A model generated the notes under the pieces. The model was not told the DNA's origin and did no database searches. It worked only from the letters and a program-made list of their open reading frames with translations. Below, one piece after another: positions 33,542 through 47,200 of a stretch of 64,000 nt of DNA. Every line of letters begins with the position of its first letter. Positions within the stretch are counted from its first letter, which is position 1. This DNA is from Yuukianura sp. NJ FZ-2021. Taxonomy: Eukaryota. A program made the position numbers and the translations under genes. The stretch covers positions 5,952,001 to 6,016,000 of the forward strand of contig CM102286.1 of assembly GCA_046563655.1 (NCBI GenBank), given 5' to 3'.

Positions 33542-36500
33542 ATTTAGAAAACTTAAAATACTACAAAAATGGACTGTTTTGCGTAAAAAGTTGAAAAGAA
33601 TTTGCAAGTTGTTTACAAGAGAGGGGTTGAAGATGAAAGTGTAAAGTGGCCTAATGTCTGTAGGAAGGAAAAAGTAATTTGGAAAGTTGCAGATGAGGAG
33701 AAACATTTTCCCTAGGGCAACTTCTTAGAATACTCCCAACTAAAAGTGATTTTTAATTATTGCGAGGCGTGTGGATATTAACTTACAAGTTCAAGTTTTA
33801 TTTACCAAAATAGTTCAAAGTTTTGAAGATATTTTAAACTGAAAAGTTGTTATCAAAGATTCCTCCCACTCTTTAGATCAAAAGGCAAACAAACTACTCC
33901 ATGTCATCGTAGTTCAATCGGAATTTTGAAAATTTCGACATGACTTATGTTCACGCATCATTATCTTCCCTGCAGGAATATTTACACTTTCTTTTGATGC
34001 TGAAATGCATTTAAATCTAATTTCGTAAATTGAAACCAACAACGACGCAGCATTACTTTGGTCGGGAAATATAATCATTATGCGACTCGTAGGTTAGGTT
34101 CTCATTGTAGCAAAAAGTGACTCTGATTGACTAGATATCTGGTATCTCTTGCCAAAAATGCATGAATGGTTGCCCTAAATTTGACTTCTGCGTGCTTCAG
34201 TGGCATAAAAAGGAATGAAATGCATTTCCGATGATTTCAAATGGAGAAATGAACAATTTGATTTAGGAGCTAGCGTGTAGCGTCATTTCGCAGTCTGAAG
34301 AGAACATCTTAATAAATCCATAATATTAATCAATAAATCATTTCCACAAGGTACAAATTCCTGGATTTCTCCAAGGGAAAGGCTAATGTCAGTAGATGTT
34401 TTTCAAACAAAATGGATCACTTCTCATTCCCTGCACCTAAAAAGGCGGAAGCCGGAAACGTACGTCGAAATCCACAATCTAGAAACTGTAATGCTATTTT
34501 CCACAAAAGGTTTAAAATAAATGAAAATTTTCGTTTTGTTCTAAATCTCTACTCATATTAATAAACGTCGGATGAGCAGATCAGCTTTGTGCAAAGTACA
34601 ACGGAGAAAGTTACGCTATGAAAAAAAAATGTTTGGAATTTTGATATTTTCGATATGGGGTTCTAATAGCTCCTAATGGCAATGAAGTATTCATTTCCAA
34701 ACTTTTCTAACCTACTGATACAACTCTACTCTATTCTGGCGAAGTTTGGAAACATTATTTGAGATATTCTCGGATACTCTCTACCTTCCGTAATTTAAAG
34801 TTTCGAAAGTTCAAACCCGCTTTTGAGAACTTATCCAATTGGATGAAAGTAGAACGAGAAGTAAATAAGTGAATTCCTAGCCGAATTCAAAACTTCTTTC
34901 TCGGAAGTTCATAGACTCCAGAGTTGGAGATTTTTGTGACGCATTTTTCCCTCAACATTTTCCATATGGAAAGTACTTTGTGTGTTTGGGGAATATAAGT
35001 TTCAATACTTTTTACACAAAAGTCATTCATATCAGTAGCGACACAAAAATAATTCTACGAATGGCTCTACTTTCAATGCTTTCCTTTTACATAGAATTCC
35101 CGTGAGACTTAGACGTTGCTACTCCGCAGAGCGCTCTCTCTCTTTTGCTATTCCTGGTATTTCACTGCTCTCAGTAACCCGCAAATTTTGAAATTCTAAA
35201 GCTGGATTTCATTAACGGTTTCATGAATTTTGACCACATCGGGTCAGGCCTTGGTGAAAGTGAGTAAAATGCAAATAATAAAATCTGTTTCTCCGAACAC
35301 TGCGCTGCGGTTGTCCCTGTCGAATTTAATTATTACTTTATTAACAAAAGCTTTTGGTCCATCCTAAGTTCAAAATGGGTTTCTGAGAAGTGGCGCCAGG
35401 ATTCAAAATCGGGTGCCACTTTTTGTTCAAAATTTTGGAAATCCGGGTGTTCCTATAAGTTCTGGAAGTGGCGCGTGGTTTTTGAATTTTGTAAGCCCTT
35501 GAGGTTTACTTCCGTCTAACCCTATCCAGCAGGAGCCTTTCCGCACTTTGTGGTCCATGGAGATGGGAGTATGTGATATGAAATAAAATGCACATTATAG
35601 TCTCCATGAAGAATAATTTGGGCTCATTGTATTGCTCTTGGCAATTCCAACCACACAACTAGACTCTATCGCATCTTTATATGATAATTGCTTTCACCAC
35701 TTCGTTGGTTGTTGCAAAGGAAGATTCCGGGAAATGGAGAAGGGAAAACCTGTAGAAAAATTTAATATGGAAACGAGAATCGGCGCTGAATCAGAAAGTA
35801 AGGGGAGTGCTTTCACTCAAATGTTTATTAGAACTTGAAATGTAGAGAAAGTAAACATTCAGCGTTGTGAAAACAATACATATTCGCCATCACCGCTGTC
35901 GTAAAGAACTTCTACTTTTATTAACTCTCATGAAAACTTCTATACTAGATTCTAGTGTAAAAAGTTGTGCTGTCATCTCTTTTGGTTTGTGGTATTTTGA
36001 ACAGAAATTTTGAAGCGTCTATGAAAACCTCTCACGATAATACCGCAACCCAGAACTTTCAATTTCAAGTAAAACCAAAATTTTGAAAATGGAGAACAAT
36101 TTGAGTTATGTCCTTGGCGATCAGATCTTTGAGTTCCGCGATGATGAATGCTTTTGTCATTCTTCTTTCTTTTTCAATACTTTTAGGAAAAATGAAAAAC
36201 GAAAATGTATTTGAGTTTTTAGATTTGACGTTTTTTTTACTTTCTGAGAAAAATTCTAAAAAATGTATGTTACTATTATTATTCCCAATTTGGAAATTGT
36301 GAAGGAATGACCTCCCGCTGCAGAGGAATTTGACTTGCTGGAGAATGTAATTTGATGTGATTCGAAACTGAAACGAAGAAAATACTTGAAAAGCATAGGG
36401 AAATACAATAAAATTGAAATTCAACATTGATGCAAGAAGTTGATCTAAGGAGCGTTAGGAGGATAATGCGTTTCTGATGAGATGATTCTGATGCAGGGAA

Positions 36501-39500
36501 TGTAAGAGGGGCCTTTATCTTTTTTCTTTTTGAGGAAAAAACGCGGAAAAGGGAAGTTTCACTGTGCTTTCACCAGTAGTGGCTATGCAGGTTCTAGTAA
36601 CACAGATTCTGGTTTCATTCATACCAGAAATGGCCACATACCACCCATGCTCAAACTGGACACATAAACTATCATCGCCCTCTTCGCTAATATTTTTTAG
36701 GTCAATTGAAAATTCTGGTCAGATCTTTTTTCGGATTTTGAGATTCCCGCACTCAGGCTTTGATCAATTTTTCTCTTTCATCTAATGCTAAAGGGAGCAC
36801 AAGACCATTTCATACCAAGTATAATATTTCCCATTTCTTTTCACTTCACTTTCTCTTTCTACGAAACTCTTCACTTGCTTTTTTTTTTGAAACGAGGTAT
36901 TTTTGCTAAAAAAAAAACAGAGGGATGGCCTTGCTCTCGTCGTACTACAAAAATCGTTCTGTTTTTGCAGGTTGTCCTTCCTACCTTTTATGGCCTTCAT
37001 TTTATTTCTCCAAAGAGAACCTTTAAGGTTGACACGGCTACAAGAGCCATCCATCTTTGAGGAAGACATTTAAAGTTCATTTTTAGATATGTAGTGACTG
37101 TATACCATTGGTGTGGTGGAGCTATTCCTGGTTTCCCCGGGTCGGGACAACCACTTTCTTGGTTTCTATGCCCATCACGAGGATTGTCTCCCTATTCCCA
37201 CTTCTATTTCTACTGAAAACGGCTTTATTCTTTGTCTCCTTATTTTCAATTCCCATTAACTCATCCTCAAAACCAGAAAACTCGACGATGTCCACTAAAC
37301 TGCAATTTTACGAACCAAAATCTTGCTGCAAATGACCAGTAAAATGCACAATTTGAGATTATGTTTAAAACGAACCAAACGTTATAAGATCACCTGCAGC
37401 ACAAGGCAAAGAGATAAAATTTCTTACAAATACTAGAACGTTGGGCAATTGTTTGTACTTCCGTAGCATGGATTAATTTCAAGTTGCTGAAAAAAAATCC
37501 AGGTGTTAAAATTTTCAATTTTTAACCAGCGCATTTTCATCCCTCATTCAGAATTTTGTTCACTAATGAGTTTTACTGTTAAAAAATTCCTTTAGCCTTA
37601 ATTGCAAAATTAAGATACACGGGGATTGAAAAAAATAATTTCATTGGAATTTTTTGTTGTATGACACAGAAAATTATACTGTTTTAGAAGAATTCGTTTA
37701 TTTTGCAGGTAACAGGAATCTAATCAACAATTATATTTTAAAGCTGTTTGTTAGAATTTTAATTGAAACAAATGAAAAAAGATGAAACTCGATGTGGAAT
37801 AGAGTTAATGAAAACTTGTGTTTATAAACTGCATTCGCCTGTCAGTTTCAAGTGTTAATTTTGAGTCAAACTAGAAACTACTTTGTTCCCCCTTTGATGA
37901 AGTTTGGTTTCCAATTTCAGTTGTTTGATTTGGAGCATTACTGCTTATCGTAGTAGATTGACTATTACCATGCTAGTCTTTTACGTCCAACCTCCAAATA
38001 AATCCGAATCCGACAGAGAATACAATCTTCAATTTGAAGTTCATGGCAAACCTCCTGCTCTTTGTATACACAAGTAGTTTTGTAGAAATTGGATCATCAC
38101 GACAGGGCACTCGAAGGGAGTAGACGCTGAATCTCAAAATCTCAAATCCGAAATCCCGTGATTTCTTTCAAACTTCCAAAAGTATTCCCCTTTTCCCAAC
38201 ATCTAATCCCATCACAATGGAAACCAATTTGGTCCAGGAAACTGGTGGAGGCTGACGTGGAAATCATTTCAGAAGAGGTCAAGTGTACCCGCCGTTCCAG
38301 AAAAAAATCGCTTGATTTTCACAACAAATAAAGTGGCATTGACCTCGGGAGCAAATGCAGACTACAAATTTAAGTTTAAAAGAAGTTTAAGGTTTAAGGT
38401 TAAACTTATTCTGTATTCTTAAGCACTTTGAGGAAAAGTAGCCGTCAATTCAAAAATATTGGCTCAGGCTCTTTGAAAGGAAAGAACAATTTTGTCAAGG
38501 TAGTATTTTTCTCCTGAGTTGGTGAAAGTTTTCTCCTTCCGTTTATTGAATTTTGAGTAAGTTGAAAACTGTGTAGGAGGAGAATGAAATGTAACTCCAG
38601 TGCGTAAGCAATAACCTGGGAACATTTGAGTTCCTTTATGTCCGCAATTCAGTTTTAGTTGGCGCCCAAAATAAATGGACCTTCAAACCCTAAATGGTAA
38701 ACGGTCATTGTCTTCATAATGACAGCTTTGACCTCCTTGTTGACCTCTAGCTGTTCCACTGCCCACTGGAGTATCCGATATCCGCGGGAAAAATTCCAAA
38801 CCCAAGAAACTTAATTTTCGGTCGCGCGTAGTTTTTCTATTACCGTGAAAATCCATTTAATTTATTAATTTGAACAGTATAGGCAAACCTAATCAACAAA
38901 AGAACTTGTCAAGTTTTATTCTGAAACGTTGTTAACTTAAAAATTACAATGAATTTTATTGTTCAAATACGTTCTCTCATTCTTAATTACAATTTCTCGT
39001 AACTAGAATATTATAACCAGAAAATTTAACTTTACCATATCTCAACCTTTGACATTAGGTTACACTTTAGGTTATCTTAAGATGTTACAACCAAATAACT
39101 TATAATAACACTTTCAGCTTCATAATGTTTAACTAAAACTTTTGTTCTTACTACAAAGTTACAATAAAACAGTTGAGGTCCATTTGTTTTGTTTTCCATT
39201 TTAGAAAAGCAAGGTTAAACTCCCTCTCCTCCGTACATTTCGTTTCTCCTTCTACAATCTTTCCATACAAAAATACTCACTCTCAGCCTAATTTCAGCAA
39301 TTAAGTTTAAGTTCATCTGAGAGTTTAGTTCATTCCCTTACTCAACTCTTAACATAACCTTTAGTACTTCTACTTTTAAACTAAAGTGAAATCTGCCGTG
39401 CCCACCCTAGGATTATGCGAAACTTTAATTCTTGAAACGGGTCATCAGTGGGGATTTCGGGAGCTTAAAATTTACCACACTGAAAATCACTTCTCCAAAT

Positions 39501-41245
39501 ACACCGCTTTTGCCTGGAAACATGAAGAGGGAAAGGAAGAAAGTGAAAGTGGTTCCTTTCACTTTCACTCCATTTTTCCACTAATCCACTTCATTACTAA
39601 TGTCACTTTGAAGTAATCGGAGGAGGAAATCAGTTCGATGGAGGAACTGAAATGAACTCTTAGCAGAGGAGGAGCACATTAATCCATTCAACTGGTGTGA
39701 AAAAAAGGAAAGTAATTTTGGAAGTGAAAGGAAAGTCGCAACAGATACTTCGTTTAACGAGGACAATTATTAATGAGAAGTCTCTTCCTACACTAAACCA
39801 TTTCGACGATGACCTCAAGAGAAATTGAAAAAAAAAACCTTGCAAAATTCACAGAAGTCATCTTAATTTTTAAAAAAAAAAGCTTTTCAGTCTAACGGGA
39901 TTATATTGCATTTTTTTTACTTTTAACGATTTGTTTTGTTAAAATAAAAATTTGTCTGTCATGAAAGCTGCTCAAATATTTGAATAACTAAAAAATTGGA
40001 GTTTACAAATTTATGAATTTGCAAAAATGAAGAAACGGCAAACACTGAGTATTGATTTTCAACTTTTATACTGAAGTATTTTTTTCAAATTTTTTCGGCA
40101 TCCGGTGTCAAACGCTTTGTTTGGATTCAACAAAATTCAAGATTTGAATTTTGGAGAAAGCAAAGCTGTTCCACTTTCGAAACAAAAAAAAAAAACAGTT
40201 TTCACTTGTATAGTGAAAGTCGTGTGTGTGTGAGTACTTTGTTCTCTTTGTTTTCGAGGCTCCAAAGGAAACGGAAATGAAAAATTCGAAATTTTCTGCT
40301 TTGACTTTCCACAGTTTTTCCCTTGATCATTCTTCCGCAGAAGTAAGGACTGAGTAAAATAGCTCCATGTAACCGTACGTCTCCGCTGTTTTGTGTTCAT
40401 TTTAACTAGACGAATTTCCTACCCCATTCAATTTTGTCTTCACCTCGTTCATAAGCTTCACAAGCTTATGTTAGTATTCTGACTTATTTTGAAACTTGAA
40501 AGTGTGGAGTCTTCCAGAAAATTGAATTGTGATTTTTTTTTGTTTCCTGGAAGGATTTCCGTCTTGCGTAGCATTTTGCGTCGTTTTGTGCAGGGGAGCA
40601 TGTGAGCATTCAGTTGGATGGAAAAATAAATATGCCTAACACACCCTATTTCTGCATGCTGTCACCCGTTTCTTTCATAACTTCACACACACTTTCACTT
40701 GTGAAAAAGGAAAAGTTGCAAAGTAAAAGTCGTAGGCGGGAGTGCGCCAAATTTGAATTTGGTTTCTTGTTTTGTTTGAAACTGTTAAGCTTCCTGCCGC
40801 CTGCTGTTGTCGCCAGTGGTGGTTTTTAGGGTAAACGTCTCCTTGTTAGATGGAAATTAGGTGCGTTGGTGTTGGCATGTTTAGCAAGCTGAGGTTGGCA
40901 GGTTATCGAAGGTGTGGATCACATTTTGATGAGTACCTACGCCTAGGTTAGGTTGTTAGGTTAACTAAGTTAACATTTCCATAAATACATAACTTTGTTT
41001 TAGTTGGAACAAGCGTAGTTCCAAGTGTATTTACAAGGGAAATGGGAGGTGACGAGAGTCATCGAGTCAAAAGACTTTTCAAGTGTCATCGTCATCTGAA
41101 TGGTTTCCAACTTTTCCTTTCTGTTTTCTGGAACATAGCGTACACAAAATTACACTAATCATACCTATCATAAGTACAATTTCCAACTTTTTGACAGTTA
41201 GTCTAACTAACAAAAGTGAAGTTGTCTTAAAATGGAAAAGTTTTC

Positions 41246-44200
41246 CTATCTAAGAGCCCTTGAGAACCTAAGACTCCTTGTTCGAAGAAGCACTCTGGGA
41301 TTAGCAGTCACATTCAAATTTCTTTGAACTAACAGGGACAGGAGAACCTGAGTTAGTGATGGAACGATTAACGTAATTAGAAATTGGACAGAAAAGTTTC
41401 TCGTCCAATGAAGAGCGACGGTTCTGGACGAAGAGGATTTGGAAGCATCATTTGTAGAGTCAGGAGTTCCATTACCTAGAAAAAAAATTAGATCAAATAA
41501 AAAAACTTTTAACTAGAATTCTTTATTTGGAGAATCTTTTTATGTTTTTGCACCCCAAAGTTTCTTTGTCTTTTGTTCGTGTCAAACGTAAAAATTTCTC
41601 TAAGATGGAGGGAAATTTTTTTTGATTTTTGTTTGACAAAGAAAAAGGTTTATTTCTTTGAAGCTTCAACAAACGCAAAGAAGAAGAAAATTAACCACAC
41701 TAAAGCTGATAGATTGTTCAAAAAATAATGTCGACGGTTGAAAATGCCACAAATTCTGTGTTTTGTGCTTGTTATTAAAGTTTTCGACAGGTCTTGCGCT
41801 CTCAAAAAGGAAAAAAAGAATGTAAAAAATGGAAAACAACAAAAACAATTTCATTTTCAAATCAAAAGCTAAAATACAAGTTGTGTGGTTTTGGCTCTGG
41901 ATCCCTGCAGTGGATCTGCCACTCACTTTCCTTCTATTATAACTTTCCCTGTCCTCTGCAGTCGTAGTTCTAAAACGGAGACATACAAAAAGCAAAATGT
42001 CAAAGACATTTCAAAACATCAAACAAGCAGAACCGTTGTTATTGAAAAAAGGAAGTTGGATATCTTAGGATTTTGAGTTCGAACTGATCCAAATTTTTTG
42101 AGTAGTAGGTTTTTTGTATAACTTTTTGCAAAAAAAAAGTTCCGGCCTGTTTTCAAAAACGACAAAAATAAAGTATAAAAAAGAGAAGAAAGAAAGTATT
42201 TCGTCATTTGTCGCGACAGCTACAGATAAAGCATTTCTTTTCTTTTCCGTTTCTTGGACGTTTTATGAAAAATGGAAAAGCTTTCTTGTGAACTTTCTCT
42301 TCTTTTTTTTTTGCTGAAACTGGACGACATGATGTGGTACTTCCTGCAACACAAGTTTGAATTTTAAAGCAAGGTTTGGTCGTTTTTCTGTTTTCGTAAG
42401 CGAAATCTGGAAACAAAAAATGTTTGTTTTCAACATCTCTCATCTTCAGTTTAGAAATTTTCACCATTTACAAAAAATCAATAAGTTGCGTAAATTCTGG
42501 AAAATTTCACAGTTTTCGACTCTCTCTTTCCAGTTTCCGGGATATGAGCCATTTCCTTCATTTTCCAGAGTAGAAGAGAAAGTAACAACACTACGAAAAC
42601 TTGTCTTTGAAATTCGTAAGCTGAAAACTTAATTTGAGTAACTCTTTTAAGTTTTCGTACGAGCAGAGACCTGAGGCGTTTTTGAAAAACTTGAAAAAGC
42701 CTTTTGCATGCTCTGAGAGAGACTTAAAGAAGTAGTGGGATTCTACAAGGACTAATGTGCCCATTTCCTAGAATCTGATAAAGTGAAAGCATGCATTTGC
42801 ACTCCATCCCGTCATGGATAAAAAAGAGAAAAAAAGAAACTGGCACATACTACACACTACGGGTGCTACGCGGTTAGATTTTACGTAAAATAAAATGAAT
42901 CCATTTGAAAAAGGCGCGCCAACCAATCAATCCAATTTCGTCTTCCTTCCTCTCTCTCCTGCCCTTTTACTCGTCTTTCCCATTTTATTGTCTGTCTCTG
43001 TAGGGAAAAGTTAACGGTTGGGTAAGACAAATTACATTTCAAAATTTCCCTCTCCAATTTCTGGCCACCGTAGAAACTTGGGCACAAGATCAAAGGGCAG
43101 AGGAAGGCACGGGAAAAGACATGGATACAGGAAAAAACCTAACCTAGCGTAACAAGTACACGGGTAGTGGTCAGTCACCGATGCGATGGTCTGATCGTCA
43201 CGATGGACCATTGTGGACGCACAACGCAGGAGCATTGTTTTCAATGAGAGACTTTTGGTGTTAGTTAAAACAATTCTAGGAAAGTCATGGACGGTCTTCA
43301 CTTAATAATGCAATGTCATTACACAGTCACACGGCCTCTCGACACTGCACACAAGTTGTCCGTAAGTGGAGGGTTATGCGTTTACTCGTCCATTTATGAC
43401 CGTCCATTGCTCGTCCATTTTTGACCGTCCATAAGTCTCCTGTTTCGATTCAAAACTAACCTTGTGTATTGAGTGAAATTGGCTTTCCTGACGAGTCCTT
43501 GGGTACCATGACAGATGCTGAGCGGGGTTTTTCCTCCTCGATCTGGACTTCGGTGTTTCTCCGGTACGAACCGTAGACATTCGCAATGCATTTCAGCTTG
43601 AGCCGTCCATTTCGGAAGCTACTCGCATCCGTGTCCGTTTCAAGTGATGACTTGACCCATGCTCTTTTGTTTCCATCTTCAAAGATCGGCAGCTCATTGA
43701 TAAACTGATCCCTGACCTGAGAAATGGAAAAAAAATACAAAGACTACAAATTGCCATCAAACCGCCATTTCCTAACGAATAGAAATTTTCCAATTGGAAC
43801 CACCGTGATGATTGCGGTGGTGGTGGCAGTACTTTCAAAAAAAAACTTTTTGGCGCTCTTTTCAATTTAGGTTACAACAGCAACGCCGCTTCCTCACAGT
43901 GAAGCGGACGTCGGTACCCTTTGGATCCACAAAGGACACAAAGGGCACTTGGTCCAAAGTCAACAACAACGTAGGCACAATTGAACTTTTTCCAATTCTT
44001 CCTCGCCGCCTACCATAGTCAGCCCAGCACCACTTTCCTTCCAAGTCGTATTAAAAGCAAGATGAAAGAAAACCATCAAATCCAAATGACTAAATCAATA
44101 CAAGACGCGTCTGTTTTCTCTGTCGACTCCACACAAAGGACTGAACAGGTTCAAATCCAATTTACTTGGACAAGCACTTCATTTAAGTTTAGGCTTCCAG

Positions 44201-47200
44201 ACGAAGAGACGTTTTGAGGGCCCATCCTTGGTTCCTCTTACGCCTTAAGACCATTTCCCTTTGGATTCCATTGACAAACAAATGCAATGTTGAAGGAAGA
44301 ACAAGGGCGCCGTCCCCTTCAACAACAATTCTCTTCGGGTAAGCTTTCACCACATAACGCAATAAGCATCTTACAATCTGACTTTCACTTCCTGTATGTC
44401 CCCAGGCAACATAAATATCATATTAGCACGCGCTCTGCCAACGGAAGTCTTCCGTCCATTTCAGTTCACATTGTTCCAAAATTTCTGTTTTATAAAATAA
44501 TCATCAAAAATTCCTTTTGGTTCTCCTAATTTTGTCTTTTGAAATGATGTATTTTGCAACCCAACTGAATTCCTCCCCCACCCCCGCCACTGTAAATTAA
44601 ACGAAATTCTTTTCTTTTTTTTCGAAGAAAAATCTTAAAGCAAATTGTAAGCTGACAGACCATAACTCATTTTTTGAGATTAAACTTCAAACGTTCTGGA
44701 TTTGATTAAAATTTGTTTTTTTTTCTGATCTTTGTTTTATCTAGGGGTGGAGTACCGTTCAGAAATGGAGACAAGGACTAAAAAGCTAATTTGAGTTGTA
44801 AGCGGATTTAGTTTTTGACAAAATTATTTTATAAGCTTGAAGAGCAAGACAAAGTTGGAAAAAAATCAAAATAGAAATGAAAAGTCGAGACAGAATGAAA
44901 AGTTGTAATAAAAATCACAAAAGAAAGAAGATTCTGGATTTGATTCCATTAGAAAAAGAAAGAGCGGCAAAGAATAAGTTTAATCAAATTGCGGAGAAAG
45001 TAGGGAAGGACACTTTCCTCGTAATTACTTTCTGGAAAGGATTCGACTGCAAGAGAATTCCACTGTCTGATGAGTCCCCCACCGTCTTAAACAAAAGTCA
45101 AAGAGATTTGGGGAACAAATTCCCTGGTGAATTTAAGTAGGAAATCGGATTCTGGGTTTAGGAACTGCAGAAGACTGCAAGAACGTGGGAGCCGAACGCT
45201 TCAGCTTATTCATTTTCCAACCGAAGGGAACAAGGTAAAAGATTAGCGGGAAATGCGGTTGGGGACCTCACATCTATTATTCACCATCTTCCAGAACAGG
45301 AAATAAGTCTGTAAATGTCCATTGGATAAGCTCTCGAAAGCCCAAGTTCACATCGACGATGCATCAAGTTTAACTCTACAAAATTTCAAATGTTGCACAC
45401 ACAAAGAATTTTAATTTTCTCATCGTTTTCACATAAGACGAAAATCAAGAAAATGTTACACTCCAGTTTATAGTCAAAAAATTTGGCAATTTGCAACCAG
45501 CTCAAAATCAATAAGTCTTACTTGCATCCATAAAATTTTAAGCCGTTTTTTTTTTGGAAAAATTTAGTATGTTTACGTTTCTCCGCCATTGTTAGCGCGT
45601 AAATTCTAAAAAACCGACACCATGAACACACCTCCTGATGGGATTGTGTTTCTGGAATTGAGCGCCTCGATTCAATCAGGTTTCAGGTAAAGACTTTCTC
45701 TTCCACCAAAAGAAGATGACGAAATAGGAGCCTTTCTATTGTACTACTGCAGATGACTGAGGCTTCATTTTAGCATCAGCGATAGAAGAAACACTTCAGC
45801 GAAGAACCCCCATTCAACTTCCACTTCCAATTTCAACAATCTCATCTTCATCTGAGGAAAAAGTACTTCAGGATTCCTCACTTTCACACTTTTCTTTGAA
45901 GGGAAAATCTAAAGGGAGAGGATCAGAAGCAAAAGACTTTGAAAAGCCTTCTTCCTGCTTTTCCCTTTAATAAATGGGTTTTTAGGAGGCATTGAGATCC
46001 TCATCAACACCTTCCTTGATTGATTAAAGAGAGCCTTCCGCTTTTTCTTAACGCCACGCCAAACTCTAGTTGAAATTGGCCAGGGACTGACCTCGACCTC
46101 CTCTGAGTTTCGTGCTAAGCATGTCCAATTGGTCGGAACAAACGGAAATGGAATCGAGTTATCGTTAGGCGGGTAACTTCGACCGTAGAGAAAGCAAAAG
46201 TAATTTCTTGGCGGTAATTCAGTTGAGTTGAGGCGATGGTGTGGCTAATAACAAAAGTTGCTTTTGCTTTCTCGGAGAACGGTGAGGTTAATGTGTCCAT
46301 AGAATGAGAACTAGGCAAGGTGAAAGCATGTGGTACAATAAGTTATTGGTGGGAAATAGTATTTTTTCAGAATTCCTGGAATTGGGCAGAAGTAACCCAC
46401 TTCTTTGAAAACTGACCGCTTCTTCCAACCATTGTCATGAACTGCCAAAGTTTTTCATATTGAAGGAAAAAAAACTAACCTAACTGCTGCCGAACTTTTT
46501 CGCGAAAAGATTCATTGGAACGGGGAATCCAGAGTATCTTAAGGAACAAAGTTCCAGCGAAAGTAGCTCTTCACTTTGCCAAATGGTCGCAAAGCAACCA
46601 ATGACCATCAGCATTAGGTTGTCCAGAAAAACCTATTTTTACAAAAACCTGTGACATTTTTTATTCCTTTTGCTTCTCTGGCAGCTTCTTTTATGGTGTG
46701 CTTTGGCCTTTCACTTTTCGTTCATTTTACCTCAAGATTTTAACAACTTCCAAACACATCTGTCACTTTCAGCTGCCAATTCTTAACCAAAAGTCATGCT
46801 TTGCTTTGAAAAGCGAAAAAATTTCATAAATTCGAAGTCAAACAAAGTTCGTGGCCTTTGAATTCTTGTGAACGTAAAATTTGAATTTTTGGAAAGAAAA
46901 ACTGATTCTGAAGAGCCAATGACCCTAAAATGTTTTGAAATTTTGGATGTGAATTGTTTTCAAAGCCAAAATCTTGCTTTCTCCAACACTTCTATTTTGT
47001 TTTACGATTGCAAGTACCAGAGCTCATACAACTTTTTTTGTTCCGAAATGGCGGTATGTTTGTTGGACTACTTTTGCGTCGTTGTGCCGTTCGTGTTCAG
47101 CGATTATTGAGAAATTCAGAGTTCAATAAGGGAAGGACGTGTGAGTGATCCCCGAGGGCTGCGGAAGGTGGCAATTCTTATGAAGTCGTTCTATTCCATA

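Noticed and set aside
35388..35425. Hairpin AAGTGGCGCC...GGTGCCACTT followed by a T-run, resembling a terminator or Helitron end
   Set aside because: Isolated, in a eukaryotic context, with no matching element end or upstream RNA gene.
43386..43433. Four CGTCCAT copies just downstream of the beat donor
   Set aside because: Short simple tandem duplication with no evidence of function.
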